Shown piece after piece: positions 52,913 to 62,332 of a stretch of 64,000 bases of DNA. Origin of the DNA: a virus; IMG/VR virus record IMGVR_UViG_3300045988_104111, positions 18,282 through 82,281 of that record; one strand, given 5' to 3'. A model generated the notes under the pieces. The model did no database searches and had not been told where the DNA came from. It saw only the letters and a list, made by a program, of their open reading frames with translations. A program made the translations under genes and the position numbers. The stretch's first letter is position 1; every line of letters starts with the position of its first letter.

Positions 52913-53443
52913 ATGGCTAATACTCACTCTTTTGTTATCCGCACTCTTGACGATTGGCAGAATGATGCCATCAACTGTGCTGGTATTTGTAAGAATAATG
53001 ACCTAGACAATGGTCAGTTTGTTACTCGTGGCGATCTTGGTCTAAAGACTGACGGTGGCTATGAATTTACTTGCGCACTACCTACTGATAATGCAACTGA
53101 TCTATGGCTCGTCGAAAAGCCAGCTGTTGGTACTACTGTTGAGCAGCAGGAAATGAGCGACCCCCGTTATTTCTATAACCCCAAGGGCAGTGCATTCTCC
53201 ATTAAGGGTCTAACTGCTGGTCGCACTTTCCTTGAAGTTCCTGCTTCTGCATTTGCTACCGGTAAAGACCCCAAGACTGTTGCTGGTGCTACTGTTGTTT
53301 CTGTTGATACCAATGGACGTCTAGTTGCCGAAGTCGGTTCTAATCCTGCTTCTGGTACTTATTTTACCATCGAAGCTGAGCATACCGTTGATATTGGTAT
53401 CGAAGCTGTTCCTACTTGGATTCTCAAGTGCGCCCGCAACTAA
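52913..53443 (+). CDS. Hypothetical head-module protein
   Basis: ORF track. Strong SAAAGGAG-type SD. Confidence 0.5.
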   Translation: MANTHSFVIRTLDDWQNDAINCAGICKNNDLDNGQFVTRGDLGLKTDGGYEFTCALPTDNATDLWLVEKPAVGTTVEQQEMSDPRYFYNPKGSAFSIKGLTAGRTFLEVPASAFATGKDPKTVAGATVVSVDTNGRLVAEVGSNPASGTYFTIEAEHTVDIGIEAVPTWILKCARN

Positions 53444-53478
53444 TTAAATTTAATAAATAAGCAAAGGAGATATATATT

Positions 53479-54570
53479 ATGAATCTAAGCAAAGAAATTG
53501 TTGCTTTCTCCAATGGCAACACTAAGTTCTATGAGCAGTTCATGGACTATCATTTCCATAAGTCTGAGGCTGAACAGGGACGTAAGCTAGGTGCTTATGA
53601 TGTTACCAAGCCTCTTGCTGAAAAGCATGATGTTGTCAATGCTGCGTATTTTGCAGAGGTTGAGCGTCTTTCCAACTGCACTCGTAATGCTGAGAATGCT
53701 GATGCGTGGGCAGCTAATCCTATGGTTCGATGGGCAAATTTCGCAGTCATCAACGCCCTAGTCAATGCAGTTCTTCCTGCATACGTTACCGAATCCCTTG
53801 CTCCATTCGTTGATTTCCGTATGGCTGGCATTGGCGATATTGTTAAGGTCAAGGTTATGCCTCGTACCCTTTACACCGTCTCTGCTGGTGGCACTGGTGA
53901 ACGTACAACTTTCCGTCAGAAGAAGTATGCTGGCGATGTTGTCATTTCCATGCAGGAGCGCATTATCACCACTTACGTTGATATGTATCGCGTAATGGCT
54001 GGTAAGGAAGATATTGCTGATTTCGTCCGTGCTATCGTTCTTTCCATTGAGATTGATATGCAGAAGATGGCCGTTGCCGCTCTTAATGCTGGTCTAGCTG
54101 GCGCTTCCTATCCTTCTCAGTTCCTAGAGAATGCCGCATTTGATGCTAAGAAGCTTATTGCTCTAGCACAGCGCGTTCAGGCTTACAACAATGGTATTAA
54201 GCCAATTATCATGGGTACTGCTTCTGCTCTAGCTAACGTTCTACCTGATAGCACTATGGGCTATCGTGGCAACTATGATGCTAATGGCGGCTCTGTCCAT
54301 GTTCTCCGTGACTTCTATGGCTTTGCCCTCTATGAGCTACCCCAGATGCCTACTGGCTCTAACTACGGTCTAGCTCTTGATGACAATAAGCTATATGTTG
54401 TTTCTCCTGTTGGCTCTAAGCTAGTTGTTGGTGCTATGTCCACCACCCTAACCAACAGCAATCAGTTCTATGAGAATGCTGACCTCACCTCTAATTTTAC
54501 AATGCGCAAGAACTACGGATTCGAGTTCGTCGGTGCATCCTTCGCTGGACTATACACCATCACTGAGTAA
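53479..54570 (+). CDS. Putative major capsid protein
   Basis: 363 aa. Strong SD (AAAGGAGatatatatt). Followed by a strong terminator. Codon usage is visibly biased compared with neighbouring genes. Confidence 0.55.
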   Translation: MNLSKEIVAFSNGNTKFYEQFMDYHFHKSEAEQGRKLGAYDVTKPLAEKHDVVNAAYFAEVERLSNCTRNAENADAWAANPMVRWANFAVINALVNAVLPAYVTESLAPFVDFRMAGIGDIVKVKVMPRTLYTVSAGGTGERTTFRQKKYAGDVVISMQERIITTYVDMYRVMAGKEDIADFVRAIVLSIEIDMQKMAVAALNAGLAGASYPSQFLENAAFDAKKLIALAQRVQAYNNGIKPIIMGTASALANVLPDSTMGYRGNYDANGGSVHVLRDFYGFALYELPQMPTGSNYGLALDDNKLYVVSPVGSKLVVGAMSTTLTNSNQFYENADLTSNFTMRKNYGFEFVGASFAGLYTITE

Positions 54571-54579
54571 TAATTATCT

Positions 54580-54610
54580 GAGAGGGGCTATTAACCCCTC
54601 TCTATTTATA
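54580..54610 (+). terminator. Rho-independent terminator after the capsid gene
   Basis: GAGAGGGGctattaaCCCCTCTC followed by TATTTAT. Confidence 0.65.
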
Positions 54611-54638
54611 ACGGAAATAAGAAAGGAAAATAAAAGGA

Positions 54639-55286
54639 ATGGCAAATACTAAATCCACTACAGCCACCAAGACAACAAAGTCGATTGAAACGCCTGTTGT
54701 TGATAAGGAAAAGGAACAGCTAAAGGCGCAGCTTGCAGAACAGCAGAAGCGCATGGAAGAAATGATGGCGCAGATGCAGGTGCTTATGCAGGCACAGTCT
54801 CAGGTTAAAACAGAAGCGGCATCTGTTGAAGATAAGTCTAAGGCGCTTAGAAATATTAAGTTCATCAATATGTGTCCGGGCAACATCAATCTGCGTGGTA
54901 CTCGTATGCACAGAATTGAAGGACAGTATAAGTATAAGATGATTCCAGAATCTGAGGCGTTTTCTGTTGTAAATAATATGCCTGAAACCGTATCTAGCGG
55001 CATGGTGTATATTGACGACCCAGAATTCGTTCATAAGTGCGACCTAGACGAAATTTATCGTCATATTCTTAGCGCGACAAAGCTCAAGGAGCTATTAAAG
55101 CAGAATGCGGTCGATATTTGTGAGGTATATAAGGGCGCAACAGACCAACAGAAGCAAATCATTGTTGATACTATTTCTAATATGGTGCTTGATGGACTAC
55201 CAGTTGACGCGAACGTGCTTGTTAAGATTGGTGAACTTAGTGGTAAAAATCTAATTGATATTGAACCCCTTGATGACAAGGAGTGA
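54639..55286 (+). CDS. Hypothetical protein
   Basis: ORF track. Confidence 0.55.
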   Translation: MANTKSTTATKTTKSIETPVVDKEKEQLKAQLAEQQKRMEEMMAQMQVLMQAQSQVKTEAASVEDKSKALRNIKFINMCPGNINLRGTRMHRIEGQYKYKMIPESEAFSVVNNMPETVSSGMVYIDDPEFVHKCDLDEIYRHILSATKLKELLKQNAVDICEVYKGATDQQKQIIVDTISNMVLDGLPVDANVLVKIGELSGKNLIDIEPLDDKE

Positions 55287-55292
55287 TAAATT

Positions 55293-55733
55293 ATGGCAAC
55301 ATCATTTGATGTTATTGGACAAAGAGCATTAAGTGTAATTGATGACTATAAACTGCGTAAGCTATATGACGCAAACATTGAGCTGTTTCACGACAAGATT
55401 GATGGTTGGGTCATTAGTTCAGCTGCAAAGTTTATAGAATGTGAGCAACCCTTAACATACGATTCAGAGCTTAGACAATTTGACGCAGATTTAACAGATT
55501 TAGAGATTCAGATTCTTGCCGAATATTGGGTAATTTACTGGTGGCGCGGCGAGACGGACGTAGCAACACAGATTGCGCAAAAACTTAAAGTTCCATCATC
55601 TTTCCAGATGGATGGCGTATCCTCACAGAATTTCAAGGAAAAGCAGAACGTCATTGATAAGCTAGAAGAAGATGTAGATAGGCTCATTCACGACAAATAC
55701 CAGCTCTTATATCTATCCTCCTATAATTATTAA
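55293..55733 (+). CDS. Hypothetical head-tail joining module protein
   Basis: ORF track; position only. Confidence 0.45.
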   Translation: MATSFDVIGQRALSVIDDYKLRKLYDANIELFHDKIDGWVISSAAKFIECEQPLTYDSELRQFDADLTDLEIQILAEYWVIYWWRGETDVATQIAQKLKVPSSFQMDGVSSQNFKEKQNVIDKLEEDVDRLIHDKYQLLYLSSYNY

Positions 55734-55747
55734 AGAGGGGTGGATAT

Positions 55748-56014
55748 ATGAGTAGAACAGATAAGCAAGATAAAATTCATGCTTTATATAAAGTCCTGTT
55801 GTTGTTTGAAGATCTGACCAGTCTTGAGCCGACCATTGAAGAAGCCGACTATGCAGCATATTGTGAGCGGCTATCTGTGCGATTTAGGGCGGTTGATGGT
55901 GAAATCGCTGATACATTAGCAGGATTAAGTAAAATGGGGCTTGAGCTTACTCATCCAATTATTCGTTCATGTGTATTGCGCATGACGAACAGAATTGAAA
56001 GGATGGGTGATTGA
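55748..56014 (+). CDS. Hypothetical protein
   Basis: ORF track. Confidence 0.5.
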   Translation: MSRTDKQDKIHALYKVLLLFEDLTSLEPTIEEADYAAYCERLSVRFRAVDGEIADTLAGLSKMGLELTHPIIRSCVLRMTNRIERMGD

Positions 56015-56015
56015 T

Positions 56016-56768
56016 ATGGCATATGAGATGTTTCAATATCAGTCAAATCCCAATGATTATTACCGTGATTTGACTCAGGAATACATAAGCGCGCAATGGG
56101 ATAACACGTCTGCCAAAACGCCTGAGAATGGCGGCGAATTGTTAGAACAAAATGGAATAGGGTCTAATGAATATAGTTGTGTTCAGGCATGGGTTGCGCC
56201 TACTGTGGCAACAACATCAACAGGATCAAAGGATACTATAGATTTCCTACAGCTAATATTCAAGAATATTGACCATTTTGTTGTGCGCGGATTGTATTAC
56301 AAGTTTGATGGTAATGTGTGGATTGTCCATGACTCAGGCAAATTCGATGGTTTACCCCGTGGTGTTGGTGTGCGCCGTTGCAACAATGTTATGCGCATTA
56401 AAGATGAGGTCAATGACGTAATCTTTAGCGCACCATGTGTTGTAGATTATGATATGCAATCACCATCAGCACAGGTAAGCACACAAATCATTACGCCAAA
56501 TAATCATGCCGTTGTTATGGTTCAGGGCAATGAGGATGTATATAGACTATTCAAATATAACACACGTTATATCCTAGGTGGTAGACCATTTAAGCTGTTA
56601 TCTTATCAGAATGCAATTAACGCATACAGTGATAGCAAACCAACATTGCTTACTCTTGAACTATATCTTGATGAGGCTCATGCTGGTGATGACAAAGAGA
56701 ATCAGCTTGCGGATAATAGCTCTGTTGATTATCCAATGGATGAAAACACGCCGTTTCCAATGGGCTAA
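56016..56768 (+). CDS. Hypothetical protein
   Basis: ATG at 56016 follows the stop at 56012-56014. SD is gaaAGGAtggg. Confidence 0.5.
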   Translation: MAYEMFQYQSNPNDYYRDLTQEYISAQWDNTSAKTPENGGELLEQNGIGSNEYSCVQAWVAPTVATTSTGSKDTIDFLQLIFKNIDHFVVRGLYYKFDGNVWIVHDSGKFDGLPRGVGVRRCNNVMRIKDEVNDVIFSAPCVVDYDMQSPSAQVSTQIITPNNHAVVMVQGNEDVYRLFKYNTRYILGGRPFKLLSYQNAINAYSDSKPTLLTLELYLDEAHAGDDKENQLADNSSVDYPMDENTPFPMG

Positions 56769-56785
56769 AGGAGGGCGGTTAGATT

Positions 56786-57358
56786 ATGTATAATTCTTTA
56801 TCAAGATTACCAAGCATTGGATATAATATTATGGTGTATCTAGCAAAATCGACCGACCCTATTGCTGAGGTCTTTTGGAAGATGCTGGCATATAAAGACT
56901 ACAAGGCGTTGAGCCATGAGTCACTTACATTCCAACAAAAGATGAAGATGGTGTGGGCGCAAGGCAAGCAGGATACATATAGTGTATTTTTAACCAATCT
57001 GATTGAGGACGTTATAGCTGAATCAAAGCAAATTGTTAAGATATACCAATATTATATCCATGCGTCCGAGCTATATACTAGCACAGTAGTCTATGCGTTT
57101 GATTGTCTATATGGCGGTCAAATGAGCCTAGTTGAATATAACGGCATTCCTGTCAATCGCGGCGATTTATTCATTCATTGCATTTTGCATTTATTGAATG
57201 GCGCAGAAGTGGGCGGTGTTGGTAAATTGACATTTTTAGACGATATGAGCCGATACAGCGCTGCGCGTTCAACCATTGGTAATAAAAATACGTTTACAGG
57301 CGTTCAATTATATATGGCTGTCGAAGTAGGTGATGGAGGTGTCGATGCCGGATGCTAG
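56786..57358 (+). CDS. Hypothetical protein
   Basis: ORF track. Confidence 0.5.
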   Translation: MYNSLSRLPSIGYNIMVYLAKSTDPIAEVFWKMLAYKDYKALSHESLTFQQKMKMVWAQGKQDTYSVFLTNLIEDVIAESKQIVKIYQYYIHASELYTSTVVYAFDCLYGGQMSLVEYNGIPVNRGDLFIHCILHLLNGAEVGGVGKLTFLDDMSRYSAARSTIGNKNTFTGVQLYMAVEVGDGGVDAGC

Positions 57359-58176
57359 ACATCGAATACTATAAACATAAATACTTTATTTTCGACAAGC
57401 CATGTATATATACAAAAAATAATAAAGAATTTACATTATATCCAGTTAGTTTAGAAGATTCTGAAGATTTTTTAAAAGCATCTCAAATAATCTCTATAGA
57501 TAAGAATAGTCTATCTTCCGTGGAGATTATTCAGATGACATATTTAAAATTTATATGTTCTGTTTTATTTAGAAATAAAAACAATATCAATGATTTTGTG
57601 ACCATTCTTAGATTGTCATTACATATGTATAATCCAAAAATAGGAATTGATGCAAATAATAAATATGTTGTTTTTGATGAGGATGCTGATATAAGTATAG
57701 CAGAGAGAGAATTTGAAGATATTCGCAGACTAATATTGTATCAAAATATAGTATCTTTTGATGATTCGTATATAGACCCGGATTTAAAAAAGGCTATTGA
57801 TGAAACAAATAAGTTGAGAAATAAAGACATAGATTTTCCAGACATTGAAAGAAAGATGGCTATCATCACGTCTCATTGCGGTATTAGCAAATTAGATCAA
57901 CAAAAAATGACATATAGAGCACATACTATGTTGTGGAATGAAGTATGTAGTGATATTGATTTTTCAACGACTAGAGCTGTAGCTTTGTTCTCTGGCGAAA
58001 AGACAGAACATTGGATATATAAAAAGAAAAAAGACAAAATGGACGATTACATTATTTCTGGAGAAAAATTTGCTGACAAGTTAGGTGCGAATTTTCAAGA
58101 TTTAGAAAATAATGCAAAAGTTGTAAATGTAAATTCATATGAACAAAAATTTAACAAAATGGAGGAAGTTTTATGA
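57352..58176 (+). CDS. Hypothetical protein (markedly more AT-rich than flanking structural genes)
   Basis: ORF track. Confidence 0.5.
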   Translation: MLDIEYYKHKYFIFDKPCIYTKNNKEFTLYPVSLEDSEDFLKASQIISIDKNSLSSVEIIQMTYLKFICSVLFRNKNNINDFVTILRLSLHMYNPKIGIDANNKYVVFDEDADISIAEREFEDIRRLILYQNIVSFDDSYIDPDLKKAIDETNKLRNKDIDFPDIERKMAIITSHCGISKLDQQKMTYRAHTMLWNEVCSDIDFSTTRAVALFSGEKTEHWIYKKKKDKMDDYIISGEKFADKLGANFQDLENNAKVVNVNSYEQKFNKMEEVL

Positions 58177-58331
58177 GCGAAGCATATAAGTATACTGCTG
58201 GCCCAGCAAGAGCATTGTTTTTCTATGGGCAGACTCTAATTGGTGTCGGCAAAACTTTATCCGATACCACGTTCAATAGTGAAATCACCGCTGAAGAGGT
58301 CAGAGGCGGCCCGGGCAATCTACTCTACGGT
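58173..58331 (+). CDS. Major tail protein, exon 1
   Basis: ATGA overlap with the upstream stop. Translation MSEAYKYTAGPARALFFYGQTLIGVGKTLSDTTFNSEITAEEVRGGPGNLLYG, then a stop 1 nt into the intron. Confidence 0.6.
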
Positions 58332-58646
58332 TAAATATCATAATGGAAATGATAAATAGCCCGTTGTAACAGCAATGTTGCAATGTATCTCCTCGAATTG
58401 CTGGGAACTCCTTAGAGCTTTATGTACCAAAGTGTAAAAATCATAAAGATTGGACAATCAGCAGCCAAGGTAGCTACGGCTACAAGGTTCAACGACTATG
58501 CTTGAAATAGCATTAGGGCGCAAGCGATTGGCGCTCGAAGTGGGGAGCGTCCTATATGGATGAATGATATAGTCTATGCTCATGAGAAATCATGAGGCGG
58601 CAAATGTCCGCTATATAGAAGTAGCGTTCTATATAAAATACAACAG
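58332..58646 (+). mobile_element. ORF-less group I intron in the major tail protein gene
   Basis: 315 nt between ggT (58331) and caG (58646). Splicing gives ...GNLLYG|KYFHDSNLTIEITDAMFNLEYVAA in frame. Core motifs are shared with the nrdJ intron: GAATTGCTGG 58395-58404, ATCAGCAGCCAAG 58457-58469, AAGGTTCAACGACTA 58484-58498, GATATAGTCTA 58566-58576. Confidence 0.65.
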
Positions 58647-59579
58647 AAATATTTCCATGATTCTAATCTAACAATCGAAATTACGGACGCAATGTTCAAC
58701 TTAGAATATGTTGCAGCGTCTCTAGGTGTCAATGTTGATCGTGGCGGTCTATCTCTTTATGAAAGTGGTAATTCTGGTGAATCCATTACGACCGCAGGTA
58801 GCCTAACACTTACGAACACAGCCGTTGCATTTGATGGCGCTATGATTGGTTGGTATAAAAAGACTGGCACCAATGAAGATTGGACGGTTGCAACAATTTC
58901 CGGTAACAATATGACCATTCCTGGTTCTAAGAACGGGGACAAGTATTGTGTCAAGTATTTCTATATCAATGAAAACGCAAAGAGCATTACCATTAAGGCG
59001 CAGTATGTACCTAAGGTATTGCATCTAGTTCTAATTAACGATCTATACTCTGGTGATGCAACTAATGTTGCCGCATCTTCTGCTAAGTATGGTCGCTTAA
59101 TTACCGATATTCCTCAGTATCAGCTAAATGGCGGTCAGAATATCGCATGGTCTGCAACTTCTACTGCTACTGTATCTCTAAGCGGTTCCGCGCTTGCTTA
59201 TGATAATAGTGCGTCTTGCGAAGAAGCGCCTATCTACGGTACTATGACTCAGGAAATTTTTGGTACAAAGTGGCAGGATGATGTTGTTGCGATTGCAGTT
59301 GATAACGGCGACGTTGAAATTGGCAAGACCGATTCTGAAACGCTAAGAGTACGTGCTGTATTTGGTGGTAATACTGCATCTAAGATTTATTCTAACGATA
59401 ATTTTACTTTTGCAGTTGAAACTACGCCAGCTTCTACCGCAATCGATACAACCGTTGATGCTACCGGCAAGATTACTTCTGGTAATCAAGCGGGTGTTGC
59501 AGTTGTTTCCGTTACTTTAAAAAATGCACCTGCAAAGGTAGAACCTGCATACGTTAAGGTAACTGTTTCTGACAGTTAA
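58647..59579 (+). CDS. Major tail protein, exon 2 (C-terminal Ig-like domain)
   Basis: The frame is open from 58596. The ORF-track ATG at 58692 is internal. The C-terminus ...AGVAVVSVTLKNAPAKVEPAYVKVTVSD resembles Big_2-type Ig domains. Confidence 0.6.
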   Translation, partial: KYFHDSNLTIEITDAMFNLEYVAASLGVNVDRGGLSLYESGNSGESITTAGSLTLTNTAVAFDGAMIGWYKKTGTNEDWTVATISGNNMTIPGSKNGDKYCVKYFYINENAKSITIKAQYVPKVLHLVLINDLYSGDATNVAASSAKYGRLITDIPQYQLNGGQNIAWSATSTATVSLSGSALAYDNSASCEEAPIYGTMTQEIFGTKWQDDVVAIAVDNGDVEIGKTDSETLRVRAVFGGNTASKIYSNDNFTFAVETTPASTAIDTTVDATGKITSGNQAGVAVVSVTLKNAPAKVEPAYVKVTVSDS

Positions 59580-59591
59580 TCATATTAAAAT

Positions 59592-59622
59592 AAGGGAGCT
59601 ATAATTGGCTCCCTTATTTTTT
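59592..59622 (+). terminator. Rho-independent terminator after the tail gene
   Basis: AAGGGAGCtataattgGCTCCCTT followed by ATTTTTT. Confidence 0.7.
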
Positions 59623-59641
59623 AATTTTTAAGGTGATTACA

Positions 59642-59947
59642 ATGTGTGAGTATTTAAATAATGGAATTTGTAAAATACAAAAAGAAAGATGCCCGTTTAC
59701 TTACTGGTGTTCTAAATTAAATATTTATAAATATTTAAAAGATGGCGATAATTGCAACGTAAAAAGAAAATACGTTATTCCAAAAGGATATTATGAGGTG
59801 TGCTTTGAAAGACACGGAGACTTGTATATAGAAGTACAAGACAAAACGATTGTATTGAAAAATATTTTTAAAGAAACACCAAAATATGTAAAGTTAAAAA
59901 AGAGCAATGGCGAATATAAGCTAATTGGGAAATTGGGAGGAAAATAA
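59642..59947 (+). CDS. Cys-rich hypothetical protein (AT-rich insert)
   Basis: ATG at 59642 lies 6 nt after AAGGTGA. Confidence 0.45.
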   Translation: MCEYLNNGICKIQKERCPFTYWCSKLNIYKYLKDGDNCNVKRKYVIPKGYYEVCFERHGDLYIEVQDKTIVLKNIFKETPKYVKLKKSNGEYKLIGKLGGK

Positions 59948-59948
59948 T

Positions 59949-60314
59949 ATGCTTGATGACATTAAAATTGAAAATTATTTAACCTATGCACAGGTGCAGG
60001 CAATTGCAAATAGCACAAAGAACGCCGAGAATTGGGCAGAAAAGCAACAAAATATTGATATGCTTTTGATGCATTATGCTACGGATATTACTGACGAGGA
60101 GATTTCAGAAAAGGGGCACGATTATTGGTTAAAGACAGGTTTTATTGATAAAGTAAAATCTTCTATTGAAAACTATAAAGACGTTGATACTGCGATTGCA
60201 TATGAAGAAAATCCGATTAGAATTTTAATTAAAATTTCCAACGAGATTCCAGAATTTAGCAAGAAGATGAATGAATTACTAGAGGTGTCTGGAAATGCCG
60301 ACGGCAAAAAGTGA
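59949..60314 (+). CDS. Hypothetical tail-module protein
   Basis: ATG at 59949 follows GGGAGGaaaataat. Confidence 0.5.
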   Translation: MLDDIKIENYLTYAQVQAIANSTKNAENWAEKQQNIDMLLMHYATDITDEEISEKGHDYWLKTGFIDKVKSSIENYKDVDTAIAYEENPIRILIKISNEIPEFSKKMNELLEVSGNADGKK

Positions 60315-60840
60315 AGCGGAATTATATCAGATGCTAGCCGCACCGTTACAAAAAGCGACGGATTACGTTGTTCAAAAAATATGGAACGAAAATAGAGAAG
60401 TTGTTCGTGTAGTAGTATATGAGGCTTATCATCCAACAGCATACAATAGAAGCGGAGAATTTAAAGAGGCTTGGAATTATACGAGCGGAAGTCATAATTT
60501 GCGAAGAGGCTCTACGGCAACAAGCGAATTTTACTATAGCCCAGAATCAATGAATATGGGTAGCCCATATCATTACGCATCAAATTACGGGCAACATATT
60601 GGTGTTGCTGGGGACTATTTTAATGTAGATGCAAGACAGTATCTAGCTGATATTATTTATGGCGCAATAAAATGGGGTAGTGCATTTGGAGACAATTTCC
60701 CAAAAAAGCGCGACGCATGGACAGCATTGGTAAAACGTATAGGGAAACGTAAAATTAAACAATGGATGAAAGAGGGTATGCAAATGGCGGGATTAAATGT
60801 CAAGATGCATAATACGCCGCTTCACGTTGAGGAAAGTTAA
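60295..60840 (+). CDS. Hypothetical tail-module protein
   Basis: ORF track. Confidence 0.5.
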   Translation: MPTAKSEAELYQMLAAPLQKATDYVVQKIWNENREVVRVVVYEAYHPTAYNRSGEFKEAWNYTSGSHNLRRGSTATSEFYYSPESMNMGSPYHYASNYGQHIGVAGDYFNVDARQYLADIIYGAIKWGSAFGDNFPKKRDAWTALVKRIGKRKIKQWMKEGMQMAGLNVKMHNTPLHVEES

Positions 60841-60841
60841 C

Positions 60842-61354
60842 ATGGTGATATGTGGACTTGATGCTAGCACGTCATCTACTGGATGGTCTATATTTGATGA
60901 CGGGAGGCTCATTGCATATGGTACAATTAAACCCAAAGGGGATGATTGGCATGATAGAGTAATGATGCTTACTATGGAATTATCAAAAATATTTAGACGG
61001 TATGAGCCGACGATTCTCTATGCTGAGGAAGTACCACTAAAGAAAGGCGCGTCAACTATAGAGAAATTGGGTGCGGTACAAGGCGTGATTTTAGCACTAT
61101 GCGCTGGCTTCGAGATAAGGCCATGCTTCTTGATGCCAAGCAAATGGCGTGGCGACCTTAATCTCTTTGACGGCACAAGAGCTGGATTGCAAAGAGATGT
61201 TCTGAAGAAAAAAGCCATAGAGATGGCGAATGAAGAATTTGGACTAAATTTAGCATGGGTTGCCCCAAGTAGCAAAAAAAATGAAGATGATTGCGCAGAG
61301 GGAATCCTTGTGGCCTATTCACAAATCAAAAAAGGGAGTGTGATGAATGGGTAG
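60842..61354 (+). CDS. ruvC: RuvC-like Holliday junction resolvase
   Basis: MVICGLDASTSSTGWSIF (first catalytic Asp context), LYAEEVP (Glu), and C-terminal NEDDCAEGILVAY. Confidence 0.65.
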   Translation: MVICGLDASTSSTGWSIFDDGRLIAYGTIKPKGDDWHDRVMMLTMELSKIFRRYEPTILYAEEVPLKKGASTIEKLGAVQGVILALCAGFEIRPCFLMPSKWRGDLNLFDGTRAGLQRDVLKKKAIEMANEEFGLNLAWVAPSSKKNEDDCAEGILVAYSQIKKGSVMNG

Positions 61355-61724
61355 ACAATCTCAATATTCAATACTCGTAGACGCTGAACTTAATCTAAAA
61401 GATTTAGAGAATCAGCTAAAAGGACATAAATACAAAATAGATGTTGATAGTTCTAGTGCAAAAAGTGGCGCTAAAAATATGAAAGATGCGTCGGCTTCTG
61501 CAAAAGAATTAAAAAACGCTGGAGACGATTTATCATTAACTTATCAAGTAGCTAATGATGTATTCAGAAGAAGTATTCAAGTCATTTCATCTATGGTTGA
61601 ACAAGTTAGAGAACTTGATTCTGCAATAACAGATTTCAAGAAAGTTTCTGACTTGTCCGGTGCGTCATTAGATTCTTATGTAGACAAATTAACAAAGGCA
61701 GGTCAAAGTGTCGCAAGAACCGGT
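61347..61724 (+). CDS. Tail tape measure protein, exon 1
   Basis: ...VDKLTKAGQSVARTG then runs into KPNRSEPVCTDGKCA-stop. The conserved TMP domain continues at 62343. Confidence 0.55.
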
Positions 61725-62061
61725 AAACCAAATCGGTCTGAGCCGGTATGTACAGATGGTAAATGTGCATAGAGAACAGCCCCTAAACCCTTGAAAGCCT
61801 CAAGAGCCTTATCACTACAACATGAGGATGAGATATGCCTGAGTGTGATATGTTCATTAGTAATGAATAATTAGTGCGAAAGCAGAAAGACGATAAGGAT
61901 GATTCCATGGTTGAAAAACCTAAAGAATCCATCATAAATAATGTATGATAAAAGGGCAGATTGGGCGCGAAGCCGTGATGAGCGGTGTGTCAATCGAATA
62001 TACAGGGCGACCCTCCAAACATATAGGGTGAAGAAATATTCAGGAAGGGCTTGAAAACCCC

Positions 62062-62090
62062 TTGACAAATTATTCAATATGTGCTATAGT
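62062..62090 (+). promoter_or_regulatory. Sigma70-type promoter inside TMP intron 1 (TTGACA-17-TATAGT)
   Basis: cTTGACAaattattcaatatgtgcTATAGT, then AAAGGAGagatatcacATG. Confidence 0.6.
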
Positions 62091-62122
62091 GGTATTACAA
62101 AATAGCAAAGGAGAGATATCAC

Positions 62123-62332
62123 ATGACCATTCTTATTTTAGGCGTTGTTTTTTGGGCGGTATGCAAGATGTTTGGTTTTGGATTGAGATGGCTTATTGGT
62201 GTTCCTCTCGATGAAAATCTTGAGAAATTAACAAAGGAATACGATAAGCATAGTCCAGAATATTATCAAGAGCTACAGAGACAGTCCGAAGAAGAACAGA
62301 AGCAATATGATGATTGGGGATTTATTGAATAA
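62123..62332 (+). CDS. 69-aa membrane-anchored acidic protein encoded within TMP intron 1
   Basis: MTILILGVVFWAVCKMFGFGLRWLIGV (TM segment) followed by an acidic tail ...QRQSEEEQKQYDDWGFIE. Strong SD. No homing-endonuclease motif. Confidence 0.55.
   Translation: MTILILGVVFWAVCKMFGFGLRWLIGVPLDENLEKLTKEYDKHSPEYYQELQRQSEEEQKQYDDWGFIE

Noticed and set aside
59925-60840. Tail chaperone-style programmed frameshift at GGC AAA AAG TGA (60300-60314)
   Set aside because: The downstream ORF is in the +1 frame, not the -1 frame, relative to the upstream one, and it has its own ATG. A RuvC gene, not the TMP, follows. The heptamer resemblance is therefore probably coincidental.
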